A stretch of 32,000 nucleotides of DNA, from assembly GCF_000015145.1 (NCBI RefSeq), contig NC_008818.1, positions 900,001 through 932,000 on the forward strand. The letters are read 5' to 3'. Below are positions 1-9,506 of this stretch, one piece after another. The position numbers were made by a program, and so were the translations under genes. The DNA is from Hyperthermus butylicus DSM 5456 (GTDB lineage Archaea; Thermoproteota; Thermoprotei_A; Sulfolobales; Pyrodictiaceae). Below the pieces are notes generated by a model. It did no database searches. It was not told the origin of the DNA and saw only the letters and a list, made by a program, of their open reading frames with translations. Position 1 is the stretch's first letter. Every line of letters starts with the position of its first letter.

Positions 1-2
1 TG

Positions 3-617
3 GTGAATGTGTTGGGCTTTGAGATAAAGATAGACAAGATATACCGTCGAGTATTCTTCACAGAGGCGAAGAAGAGGTATGTAGGTCTACTGGAGGACGG
101 AAGGATAGACATAGTAGGCTTTGAGGCTGTGCGTGGTGATTGGTGTGAGTTAGCCAAGGAGGTTCAGTCAACAGTAGCAGAGATTGTGCTGAAAACAGGC
201 AAGATTGACGAAGCTATACGCTATATACGCGACGTGATAAAGAAGCTTAGGGAGGGCGAGATACCGGTCGAGAAGCTGATAATATGGAAGACGTTATCCA
301 AGAGGCTGGAAGAGTACGAACACGAGGCGCCTCATGTAGTTGCTGCGAGGAGGATGAAGGAGGCTGGGTACGATGTCTCACCTGGCGACAAGATAGGCTA
401 CGTAATAGTACGTGGCGCGGGCAGAATATCGAGCAGAGCATACCCCTACTTCATGGTGAAGCCTTCGGACATAGATGTAGATTACTACATAGACCACCAG
501 ATAGTACCTGCCGTATTGAGAATCCTCAGCTACTTTGGCGTAACAGAGAAGCAGCTCAAAGCAGCATCAACGGGGCACCGGACGCTGTTCGACTTCATGC
601 GGGGTAAGCGTGGCTAG
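3..617 (+). CDS. polB: Family B DNA polymerase, C-terminal portion (gene probably truncated by the window edge)
   Basis: ORF begins at window edge; KKRYVGL and GRIDIVGFEAVRGDWCELAKEVQ resemble the PolB thumb/C-terminal region; C-terminus ...HRTLFDFMRGKRG resembles a PCNA-interacting peptide. Confidence 0.88.
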   Translation: MNVLGFEIKIDKIYRRVFFTEAKKRYVGLLEDGRIDIVGFEAVRGDWCELAKEVQSTVAEIVLKTGKIDEAIRYIRDVIKKLREGEIPVEKLIIWKTLSKRLEEYEHEAPHVVAARRMKEAGYDVSPGDKIGYVIVRGAGRISSRAYPYFMVKPSDIDVDYYIDHQIVPAVLRILSYFGVTEKQLKAASTGHRTLFDFMRGKRG

Positions 618-698
618 CCGTTAGGTAGAATAGGCCGGAAACGCTGGTAGCTCCATACGTATAGGCTGGGAATGAAGCAGTACAGCAGGGTGTAGGCG

Positions 699-1538
699 TT
701 GATACTAGCATCGTGGCGTACACTAGCATGGATTATAAGACGTGCCGACGTAGTGTTAGAGGTTGTGGATGCGAGAGACCCCATTTCAACGCGGAGTAGG
801 CGACTCGAGAGAATGGTGAATAGCCTCGGCAGGAAACTGATAATAGTCATAAACAAGGCTGACCTAGTGCCCCGTGATGTCGCCGAGAAGTGGAAGAGAA
901 TATTCGAGGATCAGGGGTACCGGACGGTCTATATCGCGGCTAGGGAGCACAAGGGTACACGCATATTGCGCAAAACAATAAGAGAGGTTGCCGACACGTC
1001 ACCGATAATAGTTGCTGTAACAGGATTCCCAAAGACTGGCAAATCAACAATTATTAATGCTCTCAAGGGGCGACACAGCGCTCCTACAAGCCCTATACCC
1101 GGCAGTCCTGGGTACACCACGCACTCGCAGCTCTACAGGATAGGCGAAAACCTCTACATGATAGACACGCCAGGCGTCATACCTGTTGAGGGTGGGCCCC
1201 TAGAAGCGGTTATACGTGGCAGGCCTCCGGAGGAGCTGAAGGATCCAGTAAAGCCTGCAATGATGCTCCTCGAGAAGGCTCTTCGCTATAACCCTCTCGC
1301 AGTTAAGCAGGCCTATGGGATAGATGAGACAGACCCGTATAGGATACTTGAGTTGATAGCAATAAAGCGTGGTTGGAGATACAAGAGAGACGGTGAACCT
1401 CTAGTAGAGGAAGCGGCACGCACAGTGATAAGAGATTATCACCGTGGAAAACTCCTCTTCTACGTGCCGCCCGAAGAATACCTCCGCGGCAGGCTTAACC
1501 AGCGACTACGCAAAACTACTGGTGGAGAGTGGCTCTAA
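699..1538 (+). CDS. Circularly permuted GTPase, YlqF/RbgA-like
   Basis: NKAD (G4) precedes GFPKTGKST (G1) and DTPGV (G3), the permuted order typical of YlqF/YawG/YjeQ families; TTG start. Confidence 0.85.
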   Translation: MILASWRTLAWIIRRADVVLEVVDARDPISTRSRRLERMVNSLGRKLIIVINKADLVPRDVAEKWKRIFEDQGYRTVYIAAREHKGTRILRKTIREVADTSPIIVAVTGFPKTGKSTIINALKGRHSAPTSPIPGSPGYTTHSQLYRIGENLYMIDTPGVIPVEGGPLEAVIRGRPPEELKDPVKPAMMLLEKALRYNPLAVKQAYGIDETDPYRILELIAIKRGWRYKRDGEPLVEEAARTVIRDYHRGKLLFYVPPEEYLRGRLNQRLRKTTGGEWL

Positions 1539-1586
1539 AATTGGTTCCCAACACCTTTCCTTGGATGGCTCACCGAATAGTGCTGG

Positions 1587-2162
1587 GTGCAACTGGTCTT
1601 GCACAGCTACGTAGTCGTAACTGGCCGCCCCGGCGTTGGTAAAACTACGCTCTTCTGGAAGGTTGTACGGAAACTCATGGATGAAGGTGTGGTTGTCAAA
1701 GGATTCTATTGCCCAGAGGTTCGTGGCCAGCAAGGCTACAGGATTGGCTTCAAGATAGTATTGCTGGATGGTAGTGGCGAAGCCTGGCTAGCTAGGAGAG
1801 AGGGTTGCAATGGGCCAAGGGTGGGGAGATATTACACCTGCCCTGAAGCCGAGACCATAGCATCCAGGGTGCTGGGAGAACTAGGCAAGGCAGACCTCAT
1901 AGCTATAGACGAGATTGGCCCCATGGAGCTAAGGCTTGCCGGCGTACGCAGAACAATATATCGCGTCCTTGACAGCGGCAAACCGGGCCTCTTTGTGGTT
2001 CACGAGAGGCTCTCGGATCCCTACATACTAGCTAGGCTGAAGCCCAGCGGAGTATGGTTCCACGTAACCATAGAGAATAGGGATGTGCTGCCCGAGAAGG
2101 TGTATGAAGCGGTTAAGCAAGCAGTTGCACGAAGCAAGGGCGTAGGAGAGCTTAGTCTATAG
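1587..2162 (+). CDS. THEP1-type nucleoside-triphosphatase
   Basis: N-terminal VVTGRPGVGKTTLFWKVV Walker A, FYCPEVRGQQGYRIGFKIVLLDG and LIAIDEIGPMEL motifs typical of archaeal THEP1 NTPases. Confidence 0.85.
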   Translation: MQLVLHSYVVVTGRPGVGKTTLFWKVVRKLMDEGVVVKGFYCPEVRGQQGYRIGFKIVLLDGSGEAWLARREGCNGPRVGRYYTCPEAETIASRVLGELGKADLIAIDEIGPMELRLAGVRRTIYRVLDSGKPGLFVVHERLSDPYILARLKPSGVWFHVTIENRDVLPEKVYEAVKQAVARSKGVGELSL

Positions 2163-2197
2163 GCCCCTATGGCTCAGCTAACATCTAGAAACTTGGA

Positions 2198-2282
2198 GGG
2201 CGGGATGCCCGCGCGTTCCAGCGCTGATGCCTAACCCGGGGGCTGTGATGTAGTCTACACCTTCCGCCCCCGGGTACCGCCC
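2198..2282 (+). ncRNA. Candidate structured ncRNA (class unknown, strand uncertain)
   Basis: Intergenic (~220 bp gap), strongly GC-rich; perfect 10-bp stem ACCCGGGGGC (2234-2243)/GCCCCCGGGT (2266-2275), enclosed by 6-bp stem GGGCGG (2198-2203)/CCGCCC (2277-2282); possible GCGC/GCGC mini-hairpin 2211-2224. A/T-rich TCTATAG lies ~35-40 nt upstream on the + strand. Confidence 0.45.
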
Positions 2283-2381
2283 GCAAAATCTCATCCTCTA
2301 GCATAGCCGCTAGTCTGCAAGGAGGAGTATGAGTAATAAACCTAGACGCTAGAGTCGGTGCTGCCCGGGGTGTAGTGGGCT

Positions 2382-2663
2382 ATGAGCGAAAAGTGCCGGG
2401 AATACATAGTGGTAGTTGGTGACAAGCAAATCTTCCTTACACCTGATGTCTTAGAAATAGTCCACAGGTATATACACAGGCCAATGAGCCTCGAAGAGCT
2501 TGCTAGAAGTCTCGGCCTGGACGGCTGGGAGGAAGCCTATGAGTTTATCAAGCGTATACCAGCATGGATAATGTGGATGCCAGTAAGCCTCTGGAGGCTA
2601 AGGCTCGAAAAAGAGGGTTGTCTCGAGTTCTTCGAGTCTGCCCGCTCACAGGGCGAGCAATAA
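2382..2663 (+). CDS. Hypothetical protein (93 aa), possible HTH-like fold
   Basis: ORF with plausible amphipathic composition (MSLEELARSLGLDGWEEAYEFIKRI); no family recognised. Confidence 0.55.
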   Translation: MSEKCREYIVVVGDKQIFLTPDVLEIVHRYIHRPMSLEELARSLGLDGWEEAYEFIKRIPAWIMWMPVSLWRLRLEKEGCLEFFESARSQGEQ

Positions 2664-2709
2664 GTCTAAGAGTCCCGAAGAGACTGCCTCTTAAGCATCA
2701 ACAGTCTTT

Positions 2710-3483
2710 ATGATGACACTCTTCCAGGCTGGGCTAGCACAAGAGGTTTTGATCATATTGCCGTGCAACGAGCTTGTAAAGCTAGTTAACGTCGTGAAAG
2801 TCTACGGTAGCGGTGAAACTAGAACCTATGGTCTTCGCGGGGTATCTCTCACGGTTTGTAGTGGCGAGTTCATAGCCATTATGGGGCCGTCAGGTTCTGG
2901 CAAGTCTACATTACTCAACATTATCGGGCTACTAGATAAGCCAACTAGCGGCAAGGTGTACATAGATGGTGTTGATGTTGAGGAGCTCAGTTCCCGTGAG
3001 CTTGCAATGCTGCGCAACCGGAAGATAGGATTTGTATTCCAGCATTTCAACCTCATCTCAAGGCTTACAGTCCTGGAGAATATTGAGCTGCCACTGATAG
3101 CCCGAGGTGTTCCTAGGAGGGCTAGGAGAGAACTTGCAGTTAAGGCGTTGCTGAGAGTTGGCGGTGATACCTCGTGGCTTGCTAAGAAGCCTACACAGCT
3201 TAGTGGTGGGCAGCAGCAGAGGGTAGCAATTGCAAGGGCTATAGTAGGCAATCCCGACCTAATTCTTGCCGATGAGCCCACCGGCAACCTTGACCGTGTA
3301 TCGGCTAGGACCGTTGTCAAAACGTTTATCGAACTCAACCAGGCGGGGCAGACGATAATACTTGTAACGCATGATCCTGAAGTCGCTAACTGTGCTAGGA
3401 AAATCTACGTGATAAGGGATGGCAGGATTGTTGGGAAGCTAGAGCCTGATCCTTCGAAGTGTATACTCAATACCGTCCAGTAG
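2710..3483 (+). CDS. ABC transporter ATP-binding protein, LolD/MacB type
   Basis: [15 protein letters not shown] (Walker A), [14 protein letters not shown] (signature), [12 protein letters not shown] (Walker B), VTHDPEVA (H-loop). True start may be downstream of 2710. Confidence 0.95.
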   Translation: MMTLFQAGLAQEVLIILPCNELVKLVNVVKVYGSGETRTYGLRGVSLTVCSGEFIAIMGPSGSGKSTLLNIIGLLDKPTSGKVYIDGVDVEELSSRELAMLRNRKIGFVFQHFNLISRLTVLENIELPLIARGVPRRARRELAVKALLRVGGDTSWLAKKPTQLSGGQQQRVAIARAIVGNPDLILADEPTGNLDRVSARTVVKTFIELNQAGQTIILVTHDPEVANCARKIYVIRDGRIVGKLEPDPSKCILNTVQ

Positions 3484-3529
3484 GTGGTAGAGGATAGTAG
3501 CCGTACAACCCATACAACCTATCGGTAAA

Positions 3530-3540
3530 CGACATATATG
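3530..3540 (+). promoter_or_regulatory. Possible TATA box (ACATATATG) for the ectoprotein gene
   Basis: GACATATATG at 3531-3540, ~36-45 nt upstream of ATG 3576, in the ~90-bp gap after the ATPase gene. Confidence 0.3.
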
Positions 3541-3575
3541 GCAGCGTGTAGCCGGTCTAGTTTGGGGCTAACCAT

Positions 3576-6500
3576 ATGGCCCTCACCTCTAGAGCTATGA
3601 GCTTAGCAGTCCGCATAGCCTTCATCCTCGTGGTTCTGCAGTTTGCTTTCGGGCACACACTCACGGCCTCATCAGCTTCACAGCTCTTCACACTCATAGA
3701 CTATAGCTACAAATCTTCGGTGGGTGCGCAAGAGATCTATCCTGGTAGCAACAATGTAGACCTTGAGGTTGTTGTAAAATATACTGGCTCGTCAGACATA
3801 GAGGCCGTGGCTGGCTGTTTAGAAGATCTACCAGCTGGGTTTACCCCCTCATTAGGTTACTCGGGTTGCTCGCCAGCCTACATGCTCAATGGCTCAACCT
3901 ATGCTACCGTTAAGCCCGGCAGCACGGTCTTGTTTAGATACAAGCTCGACATAGCTAGAGATGTTGCACCTGGTACATACATGCTAGGTCTTAAGATAAG
4001 TTATGTAAACTCTAGCACCGGTGAATCTGCAACCTATACTCTGTGGCTACCAATAACCGTTTCCATGTACCCTAGACCCCAGCTCGAAGTTATCGAGACG
4101 TATTGGGAGCCTGCAGGCTACCCTGGAAGCAGTGGGGTAACCCTCGTAATAGTGTTGAGGAATAGTGGTGACGTAGATGTATCCTCGGGTACGGTGAAGC
4201 TAAGGCTTCCACAGTGGTTTGCGCCTCAAGAAGCGACTTTACAGCTACAGCCGGTGCCGAGGAACAGCTATGTGGAGATTAGGGTTTCCGGAATCTCGAT
4301 CTCCCCAGGCACTGAGCCTGGAAGAGTATACTATGGCTACCTTGAAGCCGATGTGACAGCAGTAACAAGGGATGGTGTATCGTACACTGCGCAGATAGCT
4401 GCAACATTCACGCTAGAAGTTGAGGAACCCCCACAAGTAGAGCTTGAAGTGCTCGATTACGGTGTTGCAGCATCAACGCCTGCTCTAAACACTACCGGTA
4501 CCAGGCTCTACGTTACGTTACAACTTGCAAGCCCCGATATAGAGGTCCGAGGGATAGTTGCAAACTTTGTCATCGAGGAAGGGGCAGTATTTGCTAATGG
4601 TAGCAGGTATTCGATAAGCTACTACCCGGGCCCCTACAGCTATGGCGATGTAGTAACACTTGTCTCTGATAGCCTAGTAGCAAGTGGTAGTGTGAGATTT
4701 AGACTCGAGCTAGAAGTCCTAGGTGTCAGAGACGGAGCTGAATTCTGGCAAAAGCTCAGCTACAAGTTTAACGTAAACCTCCGCGAGCCCAATCTCCGGC
4801 TTAGCGTCGCCGCTATATACTGGGATGGTGGTGTAGCATACCCGGGCTCTGAGGATGAAACCCTAACAGTTATCCTAGAAAATAACGGACTAGATGATGT
4901 TGAGGCACTAACAGCCACACTGCTTCTAAGCAATGGCTTTACTCCATATAGAGTCGCTGTCTCTGGAATCACTGTTCCCTCCGGCAGCCAGGCAAAACTA
5001 TCGTTCCATGGCATATCAATTGGTGCTGGGGTAGAACCTGGCTACTATCCGGCTACGCTAGTGTTAGTGGGCACAGCTAGAAACAGCGATGGTAGCTTCT
5101 ATGGCTTCAATATAAGCCTAAAGTTGCTCATACCTGTTGAAGAGTATGGTGTTAAGCCCTACCGGTTAGTATCCTATGGCTGGGTTGGTGGCAATGGTTA
5201 TACGACTACGCGTAATGGGGCCATAGAGGTCGAATTACAGGTTTCTGAGCCCATAACCGTTAGGAGCACTATTGTAAGGGCGATACTGCCTCCAGGGCTA
5301 GAGGCGGCAAATCTGCTTGAGCTAAACAAGACTATCAGCGGTCCAGCAGCGTATGGTGAGACAATATCGCTTGTTTTTCGTGGCATAAGCGTTGTAGATG
5401 ACGAGAAAGCGGTGCCTGTTATACTTGAGGTTGAGGGTTTGGCATCCATTAATGGTGTTGAAGCCTGGTATAGACAGTACTTCACGATGGTGCTTCCTGT
5501 CCAGGAGCCAGAGCTTAAGATAGAGCTGCTGGACTATGGCTGGAGTGCTGGCTACGCCTCAGTCAATGCTAGCGGTGTTGAACTGCTTCTCGTAATGCGT
5601 AGCGAGCATATAGGTGTAATACGTTCACTCAATGCAACTCTGCACCTTCGCGGTGCAAGGTTTCTCGGAGGCTATAGCTCTGATACAGTCTCAGTAAACG
5701 GCCCCATATCCTACGGGCAAGTGTTTACACTCCGGTTTACTGGCATAGAGGTCGAAGATGAGAATATAACAGCAGTACTCACCGTCTACGCTATAGTTGA
5801 AAGCGACGAGGGCTACTATGTAGCTCGTGGCAGGTATACGTTTAGCCTAGGGGCAGAGCAGCATCTCCCCATGCTAGTCATTTCAGGTGTAGAGTACCGT
5901 TATGGAGGACAGCCAGCGCCGGTAATCCCGGGCCAGGAGGACCTCGAAATTACCGTAGAACTAATAAATACTAAGCCCTATGTGGTCTCAGCAGTTAGTG
6001 TTAATCCGCGTCTGCCAGCAGGATTTAAGCTAAAGCTAATCGAGGGAACATGCCAAGCTGGCGTAGCACCGGGCGATAGTTGTAACATAAGGCTCATAGT
6101 CGACGTGGATACCGCTGTCGCTCCTGGCAGCTATCCGGCTAGTCTTGCGCTCGTATACTACGTGAACAGTGACGGTGCAGTACTACAATTTAGTGACGAG
6201 CTAAGCTTCACAATAAACGTTGTGCCATTGGAGGCAGTAGCTCCTAGGCTTGAACTGTTATCCACGTACTGGGGTACAGCACCAAGCATAGCATATGCAG
6301 GGGCTGGTGTTACACAGCTTACAGTAGCGATCTACAATCCTGGCAGATATAGTGTTGAAGGCGTCTATGTTGAGTTTAAGCCGCTAAACTCGAGCGTAGA
6401 TGTTGTGAGAGGCACCAGCTATTGCTCTCCAAGCCTTGCCCCCGGTGCATCTTGCACTGCTCAGATCCACCTAAGCCTTGAAAGGGTTGATCCTGGCGTT

Positions 6501-8243
6501 ATTCGTGGCGTAGTTATTGTAAGGTACCTGGTCAGAGTGTATGGGGTCAACAGTATTGTTGAGAGAAACTTTACTGTAGACCTTCCTGTTGCTAGTTTCG
6601 GTGGACGTGAGGGTCTACTGTTAATTGATGCTGGCTGGCTCAATAATTGGCATGTATATCCCGAGACAGACAATGCAACACTCGTAATTACACTAGCTAA
6701 TGGCTGGCCATTCCCCATATCTGGCATACTGCTGGAGCTACAGCTTCCTGAAGGCTTTACAGGCTCGAATGGCACGGTTGCAGTGGCATATGTTGATGGA
6801 CCTATTCCGAGTCTTTCGAGCTTCCAGGCGCACTTCACTATAGGTGTCGGAAACGTTGAGCCGGGCAGGTATACTGCAAGGCTTATAGCGAGGTATATCG
6901 TTGACGTGACAGGAGCAAGTATTGAACGCAGAGAGGCTTACAATGTTACGTTGAGGGTTTCCAACCCTGCTAGCGATGTTGAGTTTGTATCAGCATACTG
7001 GGTTGGCGGCTCGCCAGAGCCCGACACGAAGGGAGCTATCCTGATGCTAGTATTCCGCAACAATGGGTTTGCGGAGATGCGTGGAGCAACTCTGCTCATT
7101 AATCTACCCGATGGTGCTCGCTGCGCCATTAACAACGAGACTGCGGCTAGGCTGCCTATAGGTTATCAGCTGCAAGGCCAGCCAGCAACTATGCCAGTGG
7201 TGGCAAGCGAGCTTGAAGATATAGCTAGGCTTGTTGGTGTATTGCAGCAGACTAGTCAGAATATAGGAGTGATTACAGCTGGCTCACTCGTAGAAGCTAG
7301 ACTTCCGCTAAACCTCTACCTCCGAGAGCCGGGTACACTGAAGATTAACGTGACGTTAGACTTTATTGATCATTGGGGCTCAAGGCGCAGGGTAAACTTC
7401 AGTGTTGAAGTCCCCGTTCTTGGCTCGGCAAGGCTTGTGGAGGTATATCTCCCAGAGAGGCTAAGCATCTCTGAAGGCAAGGCTGCGGCAAACATGACAG
7501 TAGTAAATGTTGGAACGTCAACACTCTATAACGTATATGTCTACATTGTGCCACGTATACCTCTACTGCTCCCAGCTACGACAACCCTTTACATTGATGA
7601 GCTAAGGCCTGGTGAGCCAAAGAGCTTTAGCATAGAGTTCAATTACAATCCTGCAGGCCTTGCATACTACTATGGTGGTGAGGGTGGGGATTATGCAGCG
7701 GTACCTATAGTGTTTACGGTTGTATATCGTGATGTTACTGGCTACATGCACATATTTAACGCGACTAGAGTTGTAAGGCTAGAACCGTTCATCGATATAC
7801 GGCTAGGCTCTGATGTTAAAGCCGAAGCTAGAAGTGGTGAGTTGATAGTTGGAGGCAGTATAGCCAACTATGGGATCTCCAAGGCTAGAAGTGTTGCAGT
7901 CATCGTGGAGACGTCTTATGCTAGCGCTATGAGCTTTGTAGGAGACATAGACCCAGCCGGCCAGTCTGCATTCCGCGTAGACCTGCCCCTTAAGGGTCCA
8001 ACCCCTAGTACTGTCAATCTAACCATAATGTATCGTGACAACTATGGTAAGACCTGGAGCAAGACTGTACAACTGCCGGTCCAGATTACCGAGGTAAACG
8101 TCACAACAACGGTGCAGCCGGAAACAGGGCACAATAGAGGCTATATAGTGGTGAGTCTGGTAGTTGCAGCATTTCTTGCAGTTGCAACGTTCATCATATA
8201 CCGGTTCCTAAAGAGGCATGAGGCTAAGCTTCAAGGGGCTTAG
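3576..8243 (+). CDS. Giant multi-domain exported/membrane-anchored protein (COG1361/S-layer-like beta-domain repeats), ABC-cassette associated
   Basis: N-terminal signal-like hydrophobic segment (SLAVRIAFILVVLQFAFG), about ten degenerate ~130-170-aa repeats (e.g. PRLELLSTYWG..., LRLSVAAIYWDGG..., DVEFVSAYWVGG... then YPGS/L.V.L.N.G / V.PG.Y...L), C-terminal TM GYIVVSLVVAAFLAVATFIIYRFLKRHEAK. Confidence 0.8.
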   Translation: MALTSRAMSLAVRIAFILVVLQFAFGHTLTASSASQLFTLIDYSYKSSVGAQEIYPGSNNVDLEVVVKYTGSSDIEAVAGCLEDLPAGFTPSLGYSGCSPAYMLNGSTYATVKPGSTVLFRYKLDIARDVAPGTYMLGLKISYVNSSTGESATYTLWLPITVSMYPRPQLEVIETYWEPAGYPGSSGVTLVIVLRNSGDVDVSSGTVKLRLPQWFAPQEATLQLQPVPRNSYVEIRVSGISISPGTEPGRVYYGYLEADVTAVTRDGVSYTAQIAATFTLEVEEPPQVELEVLDYGVAASTPALNTTGTRLYVTLQLASPDIEVRGIVANFVIEEGAVFANGSRYSISYYPGPYSYGDVVTLVSDSLVASGSVRFRLELEVLGVRDGAEFWQKLSYKFNVNLREPNLRLSVAAIYWDGGVAYPGSEDETLTVILENNGLDDVEALTATLLLSNGFTPYRVAVSGITVPSGSQAKLSFHGISIGAGVEPGYYPATLVLVGTARNSDGSFYGFNISLKLLIPVEEYGVKPYRLVSYGWVGGNGYTTTRNGAIEVELQVSEPITVRSTIVRAILPPGLEAANLLELNKTISGPAAYGETISLVFRGISVVDDEKAVPVILEVEGLASINGVEAWYRQYFTMVLPVQEPELKIELLDYGWSAGYASVNASGVELLLVMRSEHIGVIRSLNATLHLRGARFLGGYSSDTVSVNGPISYGQVFTLRFTGIEVEDENITAVLTVYAIVESDEGYYVARGRYTFSLGAEQHLPMLVISGVEYRYGGQPAPVIPGQEDLEITVELINTKPYVVSAVSVNPRLPAGFKLKLIEGTCQAGVAPGDSCNIRLIVDVDTAVAPGSYPASLALVYYVNSDGAVLQFSDELSFTINVVPLEAVAPRLELLSTYWGTAPSIAYAGAGVTQLTVAIYNPGRYSVEGVYVEFKPLNSSVDVVRGTSYCSPSLAPGASCTAQIHLSLERVDPGVIRGVVIVRYLVRVYGVNSIVERNFTVDLPVASFGGREGLLLIDAGWLNNWHVYPETDNATLVITLANGWPFPISGILLELQLPEGFTGSNGTVAVAYVDGPIPSLSSFQAHFTIGVGNVEPGRYTARLIARYIVDVTGASIERREAYNVTLRVSNPASDVEFVSAYWVGGSPEPDTKGAILMLVFRNNGFAEMRGATLLINLPDGARCAINNETAARLPIGYQLQGQPATMPVVASELEDIARLVGVLQQTSQNIGVITAGSLVEARLPLNLYLREPGTLKINVTLDFIDHWGSRRRVNFSVEVPVLGSARLVEVYLPERLSISEGKAAANMTVVNVGTSTLYNVYVYIVPRIPLLLPATTTLYIDELRPGEPKSFSIEFNYNPAGLAYYYGGEGGDYAAVPIVFTVVYRDVTGYMHIFNATRVVRLEPFIDIRLGSDVKAEARSGELIVGGSIANYGISKARSVAVIVETSYASAMSFVGDIDPAGQSAFRVDLPLKGPTPSTVNLTIMYRDNYGKTWSKTVQLPVQITEVNVTTTVQPETGHNRGYIVVSLVVAAFLAVATFIIYRFLKRHEAKLQGA

Positions 8244-8258
8244 TGGGAGGATGCTAAG

Positions 8259-9485
8259 ATGCTAATCCTACAGTTTATCGTTGATGCTATGAGGCTTGCA
8301 CTGCGCTCGCTAAGCGAGAAGAGACTGCGTGCAGTTCTAACAATAGTGGGTATATCGATTGGGCCTCTTGCACTAGTGGCGATGACGAGTGTTGTTAAGG
8401 GATATTCAAGCTACGTTCTTGCACAGCTCCAGAGCCTAGGCCAGAACCTCATAATCGTTACTCCAAGCCAGGGCTACAAACTAACCGAGGATGACCTACG
8501 ATTCATAGAGAGCCTGCCAGGAGTTAAGCATGCATCTCCATTTTACCTCTTAACCGGATTTGTACGTGTTGGCAGTGAGGAGAAGAAGGTAACAATCTAT
8601 GCTACCTCGATAGATCTCATGTTCGAAGCTGTTAATGGTCTCGAAATAATCGAAGGATCTAAGCCCTCTGAGAGTGATCTAATAAGGGCTGTTATCGGTT
8701 ACAATGTGGCTTTCGATGAGAACGATAGGCAGGTCTACCATGCGGGAGACCCGATTACTATATCATACTATAGGGCTGAGCGTGCGAGGAAGATAGAACG
8801 TAGGCAGGTCACGGTTATAGTGTCTGGCATCGTAAACCGTTTTGGTGGTGCGCTATTCCTAAGTCCTGACGACAGCATATTGCTGAATACTGAGGCTGGC
8901 CGCAAGCTATTCGGGTTCTCGGAGTGGAGTGGCATTCTCGTGCTCGCCGAAAATAGTAGGTACGTGCCACAGATAACTGAGGCTATTAGAGCAGCTTATC
9001 GTGGCTCTGTAGAAGTAATGTCTTTCCAAGGGATTGCGAACGTTATTAACTCGATTGCGAGTGCTATGGAGTTTATAGCATTTGCTACGAGTCTAGCAGC
9101 TTTCGCAGTCGCGGTAGCTGGTGTTGCTGCTACAATGATAACTTCCGTCATAGAGCGTGTTAGAGAGATAGGTGTGATGAAGGCGCTTGGTTTTACGGAT
9201 ACGCAAGTACTTACAATAATACTTCTCGAAGGAGTAATAATGAGTCTCATCGGTGCAGCTATAGGTATAGGTCTCGGCATAGCTGGCGCCTACGTACTCT
9301 CCTCAACAGGATTCACTGTGCGTGGAGTAACTATGCAGTTTACAATAAAGGCCGAGCCAGCCATAACAGTTGATCTTATAGTATCGACGTTGCTAATAAC
9401 CGTGTCTGTAGGGCTTATAGGCGGATTATTTCCGGCTTATCGAGCAGCAAGAATACCGCCAGCTGTGGCACTTCGCTACGAGTAA
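8259..9485 (+). CDS. ABC transporter permease, FtsX/MacB family
   Basis: SLSEKRLRAVLTIVGISIGPLALVAMTSV N-terminus, periplasmic-type MacB_PCD-like domain, VIERVREIGVMKALGFTDTQVLTIILLEGVIMSLIGAAIG, C-terminal PAYRAARIPPAVALRYE. Confidence 0.92.
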   Translation: MLILQFIVDAMRLALRSLSEKRLRAVLTIVGISIGPLALVAMTSVVKGYSSYVLAQLQSLGQNLIIVTPSQGYKLTEDDLRFIESLPGVKHASPFYLLTGFVRVGSEEKKVTIYATSIDLMFEAVNGLEIIEGSKPSESDLIRAVIGYNVAFDENDRQVYHAGDPITISYYRAERARKIERRQVTVIVSGIVNRFGGALFLSPDDSILLNTEAGRKLFGFSEWSGILVLAENSRYVPQITEAIRAAYRGSVEVMSFQGIANVINSIASAMEFIAFATSLAAFAVAVAGVAATMITSVIERVREIGVMKALGFTDTQVLTIILLEGVIMSLIGAAIGIGLGIAGAYVLSSTGFTVRGVTMQFTIKAEPAITVDLIVSTLLITVSVGLIGGLFPAYRAARIPPAVALRYE

Positions 9486-9506
9486 AATGATTGTGTTGTT
9501 TGTGTT

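Noticed and set aside
2156-2177. TATAGGCCCCTATGGCTCAGC resembles the sRNA-associated TATAGGGGCTCAG motif
   Set aside because: No C or C' box 12 nt from the CTGA on the minus strand and the D-side stem is poor; treated as chance similarity.
3576-8243. Antisense ORFs (4760-5014, 5198-5485, 6461-6838, 6938-7135)
   Set aside because: All are nested antisense in a convincing repeat-rich CDS and have non-protein-like compositions.
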